Positions 1 to 9,956 of a stretch of DNA of 29,660 nucleotides are shown here, in pieces. The stretch lies in the IMG/VR virus record IMGVR_UViG_3300037520_002130, positions 1-29,660 of that record; one strand, 5' to 3'. The position numbers were made by a program, and so were the translations under genes. Numbering within the stretch: the stretch's first letter is position 1; every line of letters begins with the position of its first letter. The notes beneath the pieces are model-generated. The model was not told where the DNA came from. It was given only the letters and a program-made list of their open reading frames with translations, and did no database searches. The stretch is from a virus (taxonomy: Duplodnaviria; Caudoviricetes).

Positions 1-2
1 TA

Positions 3-1133
3 ATTGGTGGTAATAATTTAGTTAATCTTACTGTTAATTATATAAGAACCGAATCAACTGGTGTTGGTATTACTAGTAATGCGGGTGTTAATACAAGAAT
101 AAATTTAAACGTAACTAGAATTAACGGAATTAGCGGAACAAATATTACACCAATAGCAACTACAATTTATTTAGATGGATATACTGATTCTATTAATGGT
201 AGAATTAATGTAATTGGTGGTGAGACAAAAATTATTAATGTTCAAGATGGTGAAATTGACACGACATTTAGCGGTTATTTTGATAACTCAACATCCGGTA
301 CAATAACAATTTCAGGAGGTAAAGTAACATTACAAATGGAAAATCAAGATCCAACAACAGGATTTAATATTAGTGGTGGTGATGTTACTTTGAATGGTAC
401 TTGGGTAAATGATGATATGTCGGCACCTGCCGATTTAACAGGTGGTGTTTTGAGAATGAACTGTGATTATGAGTATGGTGGACCTAGTTTTGCTCAGACA
501 AGATATTATGGATTAAGAGTTAATGGAGGTACTTTAATCCTCAACGGAACAATAAGAGTTAATTTTCCAGCAAGTTTAGGTCTTAATAGTTACAATTCTT
601 TACAAGCATCGCCAATTGTATTTAATTCAGGTAAAATAATTATAAATGGAGGAACTCTAATATCTAATATTAGTGGGGCAACAGCAATACAAACAACTTC
701 ATCCGGATTATCACTAAAGGTGTACTCGGGAGGGTTAAATACTAATTTAAATCAAAATGGTGGTGTTCTTGCTGGAAAAAAAATGAGAATAAAATATACC
801 GTTAATTCTGTTGCTACAACAACAATAGTTTTAAATGATGGTACGGGTGGTAATGAAACATTCACTGAAACTGATACAACAACATATAACACAACCACAC
901 TTTTAGCACAAAGAATGGTTAGTTTAATTAACACTTCAGGAACTTTAGATATTACGGCATCACAAGATACACCAGGTGGAGATGATTATTTTTATGCTGA
1001 ATCCGATACCGCAAATAACCAATACACACTTGTTAGTACCACCAATTTAACCGTATTTGCGATAAGTCCAGGTATGTTTTCATTGGCACAATCGGTTTTA
1101 GGACCAATAATAGAAGATACAGATATAGAATAA
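3..1133 (+). CDS. 5'-truncated Gly/Asn/Thr-rich virion structural protein (beta-helix-like tail component)
   Basis: The frame of ORF 336..1133 is open back to position 3 (IGGNNLVNLTVNYIRTESTG...), so the gene starts upstream of the window. It has repeated 'ISGG.V.L / INGG.L' strands typical of beta-solenoids and abuts the giant fibre gene. Confidence 0.55.
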   Translation: MGGNNLVNLTVNYIRTESTGVGITSNAGVNTRINLNVTRINGISGTNITPIATTIYLDGYTDSINGRINVIGGETKIINVQDGEIDTTFSGYFDNSTSGTITISGGKVTLQMENQDPTTGFNISGGDVTLNGTWVNDDMSAPADLTGGVLRMNCDYEYGGPSFAQTRYYGLRVNGGTLILNGTIRVNFPASLGLNSYNSLQASPIVFNSGKIIINGGTLISNISGATAIQTTSSGLSLKVYSGGLNTNLNQNGGVLAGKKMRIKYTVNSVATTTIVLNDGTGGNETFTETDTTTYNTTTLLAQRMVSLINTSGTLDITASQDTPGGDDYFYAESDTANNQYTLVSTTNLTVFAISPGMFSLAQSVLGPIIEDTDIE

Positions 1134-1134
1134 T

Positions 1135-4100
1135 ATGGCAATAACACAAAGTACAATAAGAAACGGTAATGGTATAACATTTACAATTGTTGTTGACTCG
1201 TCAAGTGATTGGAGTGGAGTTACAAATTCAACCTATTTTAAGGATTTATCCGATGGGTTAATCTATTATAAAAATTCTTCAGGTGTTGTAATTGGTTTAT
1301 ATGATACTTTCACAGGTGGAACAATTAACGGTTTAACCGCAACAACAATATCTGCAACCACATACCAAAATTTACCTACAGATGTAAATGTGACAGGAGG
1401 TACTTTTTCTGCAGGTACAATAACATTTACAAATAATACAGGAGGAACGTTTAACGTTACAGGACTAACAACAGGATCAACGTCCACTTTAACGGGAGTA
1501 ACTAGTGTAGGTACAGGTATAACGATATTTGATAGTATTGTAGATGGAGATATAAAAATAAATTCAATAACAGGTGATACATTAGAAAAAATCACTACAT
1601 CATTATCTGCAAATACAATACAATTAGGTATTAATGAACAAAATTTAACTCTTTGGCCCTTAGTTGTTAATGGTAATAGATTAATCGATGGTAGTGTTTC
1701 ATATGTTAGTGGATTAACATTTGATGTAAGTCCATTAAATTATATAATTGACGGTCAGTTATATAATATACCTTCATCAACTCAAGTTACGTTAAATTCA
1801 GGTGACTCTACATTTGATAGAATTGATGTTATATTTGCCGATATTAGTGGTAATACGGGAGTTTTAGAAGGAACACCATCCACCAATCCAGAAAAACCAA
1901 TTGTTGATTCTACAAATCAAGTCGAAGTAACTTTTGTTAGTGTACCTGCAAATTCATCATTACCAACAATTTCAACAAGATTAATTTATGATGAAAATGT
2001 TGGTCAACCAACCGAATGGAATTTTTTAAGGTTTGGTAATCAAACTTTTAGAATATCAGGTAGTTCTACTGCACAGGCTTATACTGGTACAAAATCAATA
2101 AGTGTTAGTGGTTTAACTACATCAGGAGGTAGTTGGAGTAATGGTTTTGTTTTATCCGCGACAACACCAACAGACACAAACCAATATGCCACTTTACAAT
2201 TTGCGATAAGAAATATGAGTGGCAACTCAGCAAACACTTATATTTTAATTCAATTTTTAGGTCAGACAGGAAATGTTTTAAGTACAAATAATATTTTTCT
2301 TTGGGGTGGTGCTGCCACAGGTAACAATATACCATATAATGCCACATCAAACGTAACATCTTGGCAATTAATTTCAATACCTCTTTGGAGATTTTATCTA
2401 TCTAATACAAATGTTTATGGTGTTAGGTTTAGTTATCAAGTTGGTTCTACTGTCGCAAGACACTATTTTGATAAAATAGAGTTAGTTGAGGGGTCCGCAT
2501 CTTCACCACCATCAAACAGTTGGACAACAATAAAAGGTGACAGTGCAACAACAATAACGGCACCAAACCCAAATGCAACTTTAACAATTTCAGGAGGAAC
2601 AAATATTAGTTCATCTATTTCAGGAACATCTACGGTTGTTTTAAATTTAGATAATAACATCAATTTAAATAGTGTTACCGCAACAACAATATCTGCAACA
2701 ACATATCAAAATTTACCAACCGATGTTAGAGTAACTGGCGGAACGTTTTCTGCTGGTACTATAACTTTCACAAATAACACAGGTGGAACGTTTAACGTAA
2801 CTGGACTAACAACAGGGTCTACTTCGTCAGTAATCGGAGACTATCTACCATTAAGTGGAGGTACCGTTACAGGTCAAACTTTTTTTACATCAGGTGTGTC
2901 AATTTCTGGTTCAGTCGAAACAAGCGGTTCACAGGTGTATCATAAAACGGATATTTTTGTAGTTGAAAACCAAACAATTAATGGGTCTTTACTTGAAGCT
3001 ACAAATTCGGGTGTTAACATATGGAGCACGAATACTTATCTTTCAATTGATGCTGAAAATAGACAACTAGTAAAATCAGATGGAAGTACAATTTCTTTTG
3101 ATTGGGAAAATGGTATTTTAACCGGACAAACAAATGTAGGATCGTCAACCATATCAGCAACAACATACCAAAATTTACCGATAAGTGGATTAACTGAAGG
3201 AAACTACATTAATATAAGTGGATCTAATGGTAACTATACGATATCAGTAACAGGTTTAACACAAGGATTAAGCGGAGATTATTTACCTTTAAGTGGAGGA
3301 ACCGTAACTGGGGGAACTGTTTTTACAAGTGGAGTAACCGCAAATACAATATCAGAAACGTCATATATTGATTTTACAACAGGGGCAACCAATCCTTCTG
3401 CGTTTGCGGGTAGATTATTTTTTGATAGTGGTGAAAAGGCTTTATCGTATTTTGATATTATTAATAACACAGTCCCAATCGCGATGGGACAACAATTATA
3501 TACAAGAGTATGGAACAATACCGGAACTCAAATTGATAAAGGTAAGGTAATTGCAATTACGGGAACATCAAATAATTTACCAAGTGCAGTTTTAGCGACT
3601 AATAATCACGCACCAGGTTCTGCTAGACCTATTGGGGTTGCCGCAGAAAATATACTAAGTGGTAGTGAAGGATTAGTAATTAATAATGGTATTTTAAGTG
3701 GAATTACAATAAACACATTTTCAAACGGAGATACTCTATACCTATCCGACACATTACCTGGTGAGTACGTTTCATCAACATCATCATTAGCTTTTAGTGC
3801 AAGAACCAATGAAATTGGTTATGTTATTCAAACAGGTACCACAACGGGTAAACTTTATGTAAATATTAATAACGAAGATAGTAATCTTACATTAACAGAT
3901 ATTGAAAGAAACATTCTTGAAGGTAATGTCATTTCAACAGGTGTGTATGAATATACTGGTATGACAATTAATAGTTCAACAACCGTTAATGTCTCACCGA
4001 TGAAAGGGTGGATTGTTAGAAATACATATGATTACGCAACCTTACCTGATGTCACAAATATTTATTATACAGGTGGAACGGGAATTACAATTACCAATAT

Positions 4101-6333
4101 CGCAACCGCAGACGCCACTTACTTATTGGTTAATAGTGCGTCAACATTATACCAACAAACAACATTTCCAACACCACAAGAAAGAAGAGAAAATATATTT
4201 TTAGGTAAAGTAGTTCACCCAAATAGAACATCATTATTAACGGTAAATAATACGGTTGATTATGATGTTTCTCCAATGTCCGCACTTCGTGATTTATGGT
4301 CACCTATAAAATTAATTAATCAGGGGGTTTTACCTTCATTTAACACTGGACTAACATTTAATACGAGTTTAGGGTCTCTATATGGTAATGGTATTGGGTG
4401 GACAACTAATCAATTAAATCCTAATAGCGTAACTATATCCGCAAAAACCTCAGCATCTTTTTTCTATAGAACACAAACTGGCGGAACTAGTGGTTCGGTT
4501 TCAGTTATTGACCCAACAAAATATGATGTTAATGGTGTAATTACAAGTGTTGGGACTGCGGGTAGTAATGACGCAACAAACCAAAGAATTTATCTTTACC
4601 CTACAGGAGTAATAAATGTTTTATATGGGCAGACAAGATATGCAACATTAACAGAGGCAATTGCAAATATTGATTCGGAGACTTTTGTTACTTATCCTAA
4701 TGCGGAAACTACTGCAATTTTGATTGGTGTTATATCGGTAAGAAATGACATTGTTGATGATGGTCAGCCGTTAACAAATACCAATTACGCAAAATTAACA
4801 CTTGTTTCTAAATTTGGTGAAAGTTTTGGTGGAACTGGAGGGTTATCAACAACTAATCTCCAACAAGCTTACAACAACTCAACTGAACCTGAGATTACTA
4901 CAAACTCAACTTTAGGTCCGTTAAGTGTTAAAAATGGTGCTGGAACTGCCGACAATATAACAAACGTATTTGAGGGTGTAAACTCAGGAGGGACAACAAC
5001 TGCTTATGTTCGTGCTGACGGTGCAATTTATGGTAGTACAATATCAGGAGTAACCATATCTGCAACAACATATCAAAATTTACCTGATAATGTTACGGGT
5101 AAATACCTTCCATTAAGTGGTGGAACGGTAACCGGAAATACTATATTTACAAGTGGATTGACCGCAAATACTTTAAATGTCACAGGAAACACGTCACTAC
5201 AATCAATATCAGGTTCAAGTTTAGATATTAGTGGAAATACAAAAACAATTAATCTACAAGTAACGTCTGGAGCAAGTGCTGGGTATGTTTTAACTTCAAT
5301 TGATTCTAGTGGTAGTACTCAGTGGTTACCTATCGGGTCAAGTGGATCACAGTTGGATCCTGTCATTTCAATAACAGGTACAACACCTGGAACTAATGTT
5401 GTGGGTGATAGGTATTTAATTAGTGGTGGTACAGGAATTTGGTCAGGGAGAACAAATCAAATTGCTGAATATACAGGTGCTAGTTCACCAAATTGGAGCT
5501 ACACAATACCTGTTGTTGATAATGTGGTGTTTGTTACTAACACTTTAGTTACTTACCGATATGATGGAACTAATTGGATTGCTTGGCAAGGAAGTGCGAT
5601 ATTACAAAATGGTAATAGTTTAGGTACCGCGATTAATATTGGAAGTAATAATAACCAAAATCTAACATTTAGGACATCAGGACAAACAAGGGTCACAATA
5701 TCGGCTAGTACAGGTAATGTCGGTATCGGCACAACAACACCAAGACAAAGATTGGATGTTAGCGGAAATACAATTATTTCAAGCGGGTTAACTGCTCAAA
5801 CTGCGGTATTTTCTTCATCTTCGCAAAATGTTTTAACCGTTATCGGTTCAGGAAATAGTACTACTTCACCATTATTTAGTGTTCAAGGATCAAGTGGTGA
5901 ATTATTTAGTGTGACTGATAGTTTAAGAGGATCTTTATTTAGTGTTAATGATATATCAGGTCTTCCTATTATGGAGGTATTTTCAGATAACACAACATTG
6001 TGGGGTTCATATCAGGCGCCATCATTAAATACAACAACAAGGGTGTCTTTAACTGCAGGAACAAACACAATATATTCAATACCAACAAGTGCATACACCG
6101 GAGCGTTTTATGAATACACATTAATCAGTACGGGAACAACAGGAGCAAGAGCGGGACAAATTATGACTATATGGAGTGGAACAAGTGCAAACTTTACTGA
6201 AACATCTACATTAGATATTGGAATAACTACGGGAGTAACATTCACAGTTGCGGTTAGTGGAAGTAATGCGGTATTAAGTTCATCTGCAACAACCGCAGGA
6301 TGGACGGTTAAAACTATAATAAGGAGTATATAA
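1135..6333 (+). CDS. Giant tail fibre / receptor-binding structural protein (1732 aa)
   Basis: Gly/Thr/Ser-rich, with recurring TISATTYQNLP (x4) and YLPLSGGTVTG (x3) shaft motifs and a GNVGIGTTTP motif. It carries a CBM-like insert (WQLISIPLWRF...YFDKIELV, ~1984-2493) and a DUF2793-like segment (GDRYLI...WSGRTNQIAEY...YRYDGTNW, ~5356-5580). Confidence 0.75.
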   Translation: MAITQSTIRNGNGITFTIVVDSSSDWSGVTNSTYFKDLSDGLIYYKNSSGVVIGLYDTFTGGTINGLTATTISATTYQNLPTDVNVTGGTFSAGTITFTNNTGGTFNVTGLTTGSTSTLTGVTSVGTGITIFDSIVDGDIKINSITGDTLEKITTSLSANTIQLGINEQNLTLWPLVVNGNRLIDGSVSYVSGLTFDVSPLNYIIDGQLYNIPSSTQVTLNSGDSTFDRIDVIFADISGNTGVLEGTPSTNPEKPIVDSTNQVEVTFVSVPANSSLPTISTRLIYDENVGQPTEWNFLRFGNQTFRISGSSTAQAYTGTKSISVSGLTTSGGSWSNGFVLSATTPTDTNQYATLQFAIRNMSGNSANTYILIQFLGQTGNVLSTNNIFLWGGAATGNNIPYNATSNVTSWQLISIPLWRFYLSNTNVYGVRFSYQVGSTVARHYFDKIELVEGSASSPPSNSWTTIKGDSATTITAPNPNATLTISGGTNISSSISGTSTVVLNLDNNINLNSVTATTISATTYQNLPTDVRVTGGTFSAGTITFTNNTGGTFNVTGLTTGSTSSVIGDYLPLSGGTVTGQTFFTSGVSISGSVETSGSQVYHKTDIFVVENQTINGSLLEATNSGVNIWSTNTYLSIDAENRQLVKSDGSTISFDWENGILTGQTNVGSSTISATTYQNLPISGLTEGNYINISGSNGNYTISVTGLTQGLSGDYLPLSGGTVTGGTVFTSGVTANTISETSYIDFTTGATNPSAFAGRLFFDSGEKALSYFDIINNTVPIAMGQQLYTRVWNNTGTQIDKGKVIAITGTSNNLPSAVLATNNHAPGSARPIGVAAENILSGSEGLVINNGILSGITINTFSNGDTLYLSDTLPGEYVSSTSSLAFSARTNEIGYVIQTGTTTGKLYVNINNEDSNLTLTDIERNILEGNVISTGVYEYTGMTINSSTTVNVSPMKGWIVRNTYDYATLPDVTNIYYTGGTGITITNIATADATYLLVNSASTLYQQTTFPTPQERRENIFLGKVVHPNRTSLLTVNNTVDYDVSPMSALRDLWSPIKLINQGVLPSFNTGLTFNTSLGSLYGNGIGWTTNQLNPNSVTISAKTSASFFYRTQTGGTSGSVSVIDPTKYDVNGVITSVGTAGSNDATNQRIYLYPTGVINVLYGQTRYATLTEAIANIDSETFVTYPNAETTAILIGVISVRNDIVDDGQPLTNTNYAKLTLVSKFGESFGGTGGLSTTNLQQAYNNSTEPEITTNSTLGPLSVKNGAGTADNITNVFEGVNSGGTTTAYVRADGAIYGSTISGVTISATTYQNLPDNVTGKYLPLSGGTVTGNTIFTSGLTANTLNVTGNTSLQSISGSSLDISGNTKTINLQVTSGASAGYVLTSIDSSGSTQWLPIGSSGSQLDPVISITGTTPGTNVVGDRYLISGGTGIWSGRTNQIAEYTGASSPNWSYTIPVVDNVVFVTNTLVTYRYDGTNWIAWQGSAILQNGNSLGTAINIGSNNNQNLTFRTSGQTRVTISASTGNVGIGTTTPRQRLDVSGNTIISSGLTAQTAVFSSSSQNVLTVIGSGNSTTSPLFSVQGSSGELFSVTDSLRGSLFSVNDISGLPIMEVFSDNTTLWGSYQAPSLNTTTRVSLTAGTNTIYSIPTSAYTGAFYEYTLISTGTTGARAGQIMTIWSGTSANFTETSTLDIGITTGVTFTVAVSGSNAVLSSSATTAGWTVKTIIRSI
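1336..2826 (+). repeat. Intragenic direct repeat (~145 bp; copies at ~1336-1485 and ~2677-2826)
   Basis: TATTISATTYQNLPTDV(N/R)VTGGTFSAGTITFTNNTGGTFNVTGLTTGSTS is encoded twice, differing mostly at synonymous positions. Confidence 0.9.
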
Positions 6334-6335
6334 AA

Positions 6336-7067
6336 ATGGCTTTTCATTATTCACCAAATATAGTTACAGACGGTTTAGTGTTGTATTTAGATGCTGCAAA
6401 TACTAGATCATATGTTTCTGGTTCTACAAGTTGGAATGACTTAACGGGTAATAATCTAAATGGTAATTTAGTAAATGGACCAACATTTTCAAACACAAAT
6501 AATGGTTATATAAGATGTGATGGTTCTGATGATTATATTGAAGTATTAGATAATTCTTTATTGGATTTTGGGTCCAATAATTTTACAGTTGAGTATTGGT
6601 TTAGAAAATTATCAACTTCTGTAGGTGTTGGTAATGATAACGTTTGGGGGGTTAATAAATGGAATATAGGTTCGTCTCCAGCAACAAACGAATGGACGTT
6701 AACTATTGGTGGTACTAACGTTGATAGTTACTCATTTTCAGTTGGGGTCGGTACAACACTATATTCTACAGATTTAAGTGTTGATAAATTATCAATAAAT
6801 TTTTGGTATCAATTGGTTGGTATTAGAAACGGAAGTTCTTTACAAACATATCTTAATGGTGAATTAAAACAAGATGTTTCACCTTCTGGTTTTTCATCAT
6901 CATCTGTTATAAACAATGTCGGAAGAAATTTAAGAATAAATAATAGTGCAGTAAACGCCTTTTACACTAGAGCCGATAATTCAATTGTTAGAATATATAA
7001 TAGATCTCTATCCGAAACAGAAATCCGTCAAAACTATAATACAACTAAAAACAGATTTGGAATATAA
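6336..7067 (+). CDS. LamG / concanavalin A-like lectin domain protein (paralogue 1)
   Basis: Motifs PNIVTDGLVLYLDAAN..SY, FTVEYW, WYQLVG, YLNG and YNRSLS.TEI.QNYN fit the Laminin_G_3 pattern of phage tail proteins. Confidence 0.85.
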   Translation: MAFHYSPNIVTDGLVLYLDAANTRSYVSGSTSWNDLTGNNLNGNLVNGPTFSNTNNGYIRCDGSDDYIEVLDNSLLDFGSNNFTVEYWFRKLSTSVGVGNDNVWGVNKWNIGSSPATNEWTLTIGGTNVDSYSFSVGVGTTLYSTDLSVDKLSINFWYQLVGIRNGSSLQTYLNGELKQDVSPSGFSSSSVINNVGRNLRINNSAVNAFYTRADNSIVRIYNRSLSETEIRQNYNTTKNRFGI

Positions 7068-7762
7068 TGGCAGGAAATGTGGCTCCAAATATAATAACAG
7101 ATGGTTTAGTTTTATGTTACGATCCGGCTAATACAAAATCATTTGTAAGTGGATCAACAACTATTTTTGATTTAACTTCAAGCAAAGATAATGGATCATT
7201 AATTAACGGTCCGACATTTAATGGTGAAAATGGCGGTAGCATAGTTTTTGATGGAACAAACGATTTAGTTCAGGGTTCTGGAATTTCTAATATAACATCA
7301 TTTACCATTTCAATATGGTTTAAAATGACAGGGCCTGGAAGTACTGGCGGAGCATCAAATACCATATATAATTCATTATTTGGGATAAATTCAGGAAATA
7401 GAAGAATATTAGTTGCTAGCTCAGCAAATACGGGACAAACTGAAGGCACCATTTTAGTACAAATGGGAGGATCTAATTATTTTAGTACAAGTCTCACTGT
7501 AACAAATGTATGGAATAATGTGGTTTATACTTTTAGTCCAAATATTGCAACACTTTACGTTAATGGTATTATACAGACAACTCAGTCTAACTCAAGTGTG
7601 ACATTTCCGGATGCTAACATTTATTTAGGTGCATATAATAACCCAATAACCGCATATGCGATGAAAGGAAATATCGCACAAACCTCAGTATACAACCGAT
7701 CACTTTCATTATCAGAAGTCTTACAAAACTATAACGCAAGCAAAAGGAAATTTGGCCTATAA
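7067..7762 (+). CDS. LamG / concanavalin A-like lectin domain protein (paralogue 2)
   Basis: Motifs PNIITDGLVLCYDPAN, FDGTND, FTISIW, WNNVVYT, LYVNG and YNRSLSLSEVLQNYN. Coupled to the previous gene by a TAATG overlap. Confidence 0.85.
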   Translation: MAGNVAPNIITDGLVLCYDPANTKSFVSGSTTIFDLTSSKDNGSLINGPTFNGENGGSIVFDGTNDLVQGSGISNITSFTISIWFKMTGPGSTGGASNTIYNSLFGINSGNRRILVASSANTGQTEGTILVQMGGSNYFSTSLTVTNVWNNVVYTFSPNIATLYVNGIIQTTQSNSSVTFPDANIYLGAYNNPITAYAMKGNIAQTSVYNRSLSLSEVLQNYNASKRKFGL

Positions 7763-7777
7763 CAAATATATATTAAT

Positions 7778-8041
7778 ATGGAAACACAAGATTACGAACA
7801 AAGAGAATTTATGATATTTAACGTATCTGAATTAAATTTAATTGATTTTACACAAGTACTAGAAACATCAATCGACACAGTTAGAAAAAGTGTTGATGAA
7901 ACAAAAACATTTGTAAAATGGGATGGTAACACAATACCCTCAAGTGTTGATTCATTAACAACCAAAGAAGGTCCTTATACTTATGAGGAAATTTTAGTGA
8001 TATTATCGGGACCTGAATGGACAAGTAATGAAATGATATGA
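7778..8041 (+). CDS. Small acidic hypothetical protein embedded in the LamG cluster (possible fibre chaperone/accessory)
   Basis: Clean 87-aa ORF whose stop overlaps the next start (ATGA). Function is inferred from position only. Confidence 0.6.
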   Translation: METQDYEQREFMIFNVSELNLIDFTQVLETSIDTVRKSVDETKTFVKWDGNTIPSSVDSLTTKEGPYTYEEILVILSGPEWTSNEMI

Positions 8042-8748
8042 GTACAACACAAGGAGGGCCGGGAAATATTGCAACGAATGGTATCATATTATATTTAGAT
8101 GCGGCAAATCCTTATTCATATGTTAGTGGTTCTACGTCATGGAACGATTTGTCTTTTGATAAGATATCAAATAATGTGACTCTTTATAATGGTGTCGGAT
8201 TTGATTCAAATAATGTAGGGTCTTTATCTTTTGACGGAACAAATACATATTCAAGATCAAACATTCAATTTGCAATGCCACAACAAATTACATTTTCTTG
8301 TTGGGTAAAAATAGGTCCTCAAACACAATCACAGACGTTAATCGGTGATTTTGGTCAAAGTTCAACTTTAGGTTATATATGGATTTTTAGGGCTAGTAGC
8401 GGGTCCAATACTTTGGGATTTCAATATTCTAATGGTACAACTGCACAATCAATAAGTACTAGTAGTTTTTTTCTTAATTTTAATAATGTATGGGTTAATG
8501 TTGCTGTTAGTGTTGACTATGTTGATGGTGGTGTTTTAAGGGTTTATAGAAATGGTGTGTTATTAAACGGTCAATTTTTAACAACACCACAAATTCCAAG
8601 AAATTTATTCAAATATTTTGGTTCGTATGGTGTTGCATCAAATGTTATTGAAGGAAATCTTTCAAGTGTTTTGTTGTACAACAGAATACTTTCAAATGCC
8701 GAAGTTTTACAAAATTATAATGCGTTACGCACAAGATATAGAGTTTAA
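8038..8748 (+). CDS. LamG / concanavalin A-like lectin domain protein (paralogue 3)
   Basis: Motifs NIATNGIILYLDAAN..SYVSGSTSWNDLS, FDGTN, ITFSCWVK, WVNVAV, VYRNG and YNRILSNAEVLQNYN. Confidence 0.85.
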   Translation: MSTTQGGPGNIATNGIILYLDAANPYSYVSGSTSWNDLSFDKISNNVTLYNGVGFDSNNVGSLSFDGTNTYSRSNIQFAMPQQITFSCWVKIGPQTQSQTLIGDFGQSSTLGYIWIFRASSGSNTLGFQYSNGTTAQSISTSSFFLNFNNVWVNVAVSVDYVDGGVLRVYRNGVLLNGQFLTTPQIPRNLFKYFGSYGVASNVIEGNLSSVLLYNRILSNAEVLQNYNALRTRYRV

Positions 8749-8750
8749 TA

Positions 8751-8758
8751 TATTTATA
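8751..8758 (+). promoter_or_regulatory. TATTTATA motif, putative phage late promoter
   Basis: Lies 4 nt before ATG 8763. The same motif precedes many plus-strand structural-type genes. Confidence 0.5.
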
Positions 8759-8762
8759 TAAT

Positions 8763-9095
8763 ATGGCAAATGAATTAATAGTAAAAAACGGATTAATTTC
8801 TAAAGGACAAATAACTTTAGAAGGTGGATTATCTTCAACGGGAAGTCAAAATTTTACAATAGAGAATCCGGTTATTATACAGGGTTCTTTAAGTGTGACA
8901 AGTAATATTGTTATAACTTCCGATGTCGATTCTTCTATTAATCTTTCGTCTGCGGGAACTAATTCTGGAAGTGGTTTAGTGATACCAACATCAATACCCG
9001 CGGAACCGGTTTCTGGTTCAACCTACGTTGATTTATCTGCTTTAAGGCTTTACATCTATGACGGAGTAACATGGAGGAATACTTTATTAAGTTAA
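8763..9095 (+). CDS. Short virion structural protein (tail-fibre-like)
   Basis: MANELIVKNGL N-terminus and P..P..GS.Y.D...LYIYDG.TW C-terminus, both typical of phage fibre-type proteins. Confidence 0.55.
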   Translation: MANELIVKNGLISKGQITLEGGLSSTGSQNFTIENPVIIQGSLSVTSNIVITSDVDSSINLSSAGTNSGSGLVIPTSIPAEPVSGSTYVDLSALRLYIYDGVTWRNTLLS

Positions 9096-9581
9096 ACTAA
9101 CTTCAGGTTTAAAAAACACCCTTTCCTTACTACCAACCATTTGTTTATACCACAATCCTTTATCATCTAACCAAACATAAGGGTCTTCAGGATTTTCAGT
9201 CCAACCATGTTTTGTATAATATTCAAAATCTTTACGTAATAGATTTGCTCTATGAGATGAATGAAATTCTTCACAACCCAACCAATGAGGTAAAATAAAT
9301 TCACCTTCAATAACTTCGTACTCCATTGTGTTTTTAAAACCACGAGATTTCCATACATCTATACTATCGTTGTAATATTGTTTAAGTGCATTTACATAAT
9401 CACGCCACATTACAGAACATGGGTGATTTAACCAACCCTTGTAAGGTTTACCATCTTTACGTAAACGACCCGTGATTGCAGATATAATTTGGTAAGACTC
9501 AACTCGTTGTTTACCGAGTCGTTTATTATCTAAAGATTCTAATGACCTTTTAAAATCTAAATATGGGAGGAATGTTTGCAT
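9087..9581 (-). CDS. Pyrimidine-dimer DNA glycosylase / endonuclease V-like protein (MSMEG_6728 family)
   Basis: MQTFLPY.DF...LD.KRLGKQRVE..QI, GW.NHP...MW..Y..AL, PHWLG..FH.SHRANLLRKD. The start is moved to ATG 9581 because the family begins at MQTFLP. Confidence 0.85.
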   Translation of the reverse strand: MQTFLPYLDFKRSLESLDNKRLGKQRVESYQIISAITGRLRKDGKPYKGWLNHPCSVMWRDYVNALKQYYNDSIDVWKSRGFKNTMEYEVIEGEFILPHWLGCEEFHSSHRANLLRKDFEYYTKHGWTENPEDPYVWLDDKGLWYKQMVGSKERVFFKPEVSLT

Positions 9582-9585
9582 ATCA

Positions 9586-9593
9586 CAAAGATA
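9586..9593 (-). promoter_or_regulatory. Bacteroidota housekeeping -7 promoter element TATCTTTG
   Basis: Exact TAnnTTTG match on the minus strand, 4 nt upstream of ATG 9581. Confidence 0.65.
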
Positions 9594-9674
9594 CAACAAT
9601 TTTTGATATAACCGATTGACTTAAATGATTTTTTATGATATATATTATATAAATAAACGTTTAATTTTTATAAA

Positions 9675-9857
9675 ATGAAAAAGTTAGTATTAGTGTGTCT
9701 TACGGTTTTGACCACAATTTCTCTAATGACTTCTTGTGGTGAAAAAACAGCAACTCAAAATGCTACTGAAGTGGCTACACCTAACGCAACAACTGAAGAA
9801 GTTGCTGAGTCAACAGTGAACGCAACAGATGTGGTTGCTGACACAACAAAAAATTAA
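9675..9857 (+). CDS. Small lipoprotein (60 aa)
   Basis: MKK, a hydrophobic stretch and lipobox LMTS-C21, followed by a low-complexity Thr/Ala/Glu tail. It has its own terminator. Confidence 0.75.
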   Translation: MKKLVLVCLTVLTTISLMTSCGEKTATQNATEVATPNATTEEVAESTVNATDVVADTTKN

Positions 9858-9880
9858 TTTTCTATTTCTCTAGAAAGTTG

Positions 9881-9912
9881 ACCTCACTCTTAATAAGATG
9901 TGAGGTTTTTTT
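9881..9912 (+). terminator. Intrinsic terminator after the lipoprotein gene
   Basis: ACCTCAC...GTGAGGT stem followed by a T-tract. Confidence 0.7.
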
Positions 9913-9919
9913 ATTGCAC

Positions 9920-9948
9920 AAAAAAACCCCACCTGTGGAGATGGGGGG
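9920..9948 (-). terminator. Intrinsic terminator downstream of the tmRNA
   Basis: Minus strand reads CCCCATC-TCCACA-GGTGGGG-TTTTTTT. Confidence 0.7.
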
Positions 9949-9956
9949 ATATGAAG

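Noticed and set aside
752-6347. Short minus-strand and off-frame ORFs within the fibre genes, and similar ones inside clpC, terL and portal
   Set aside because: Antisense shadows of biased codon usage, with no independent start context or motifs.
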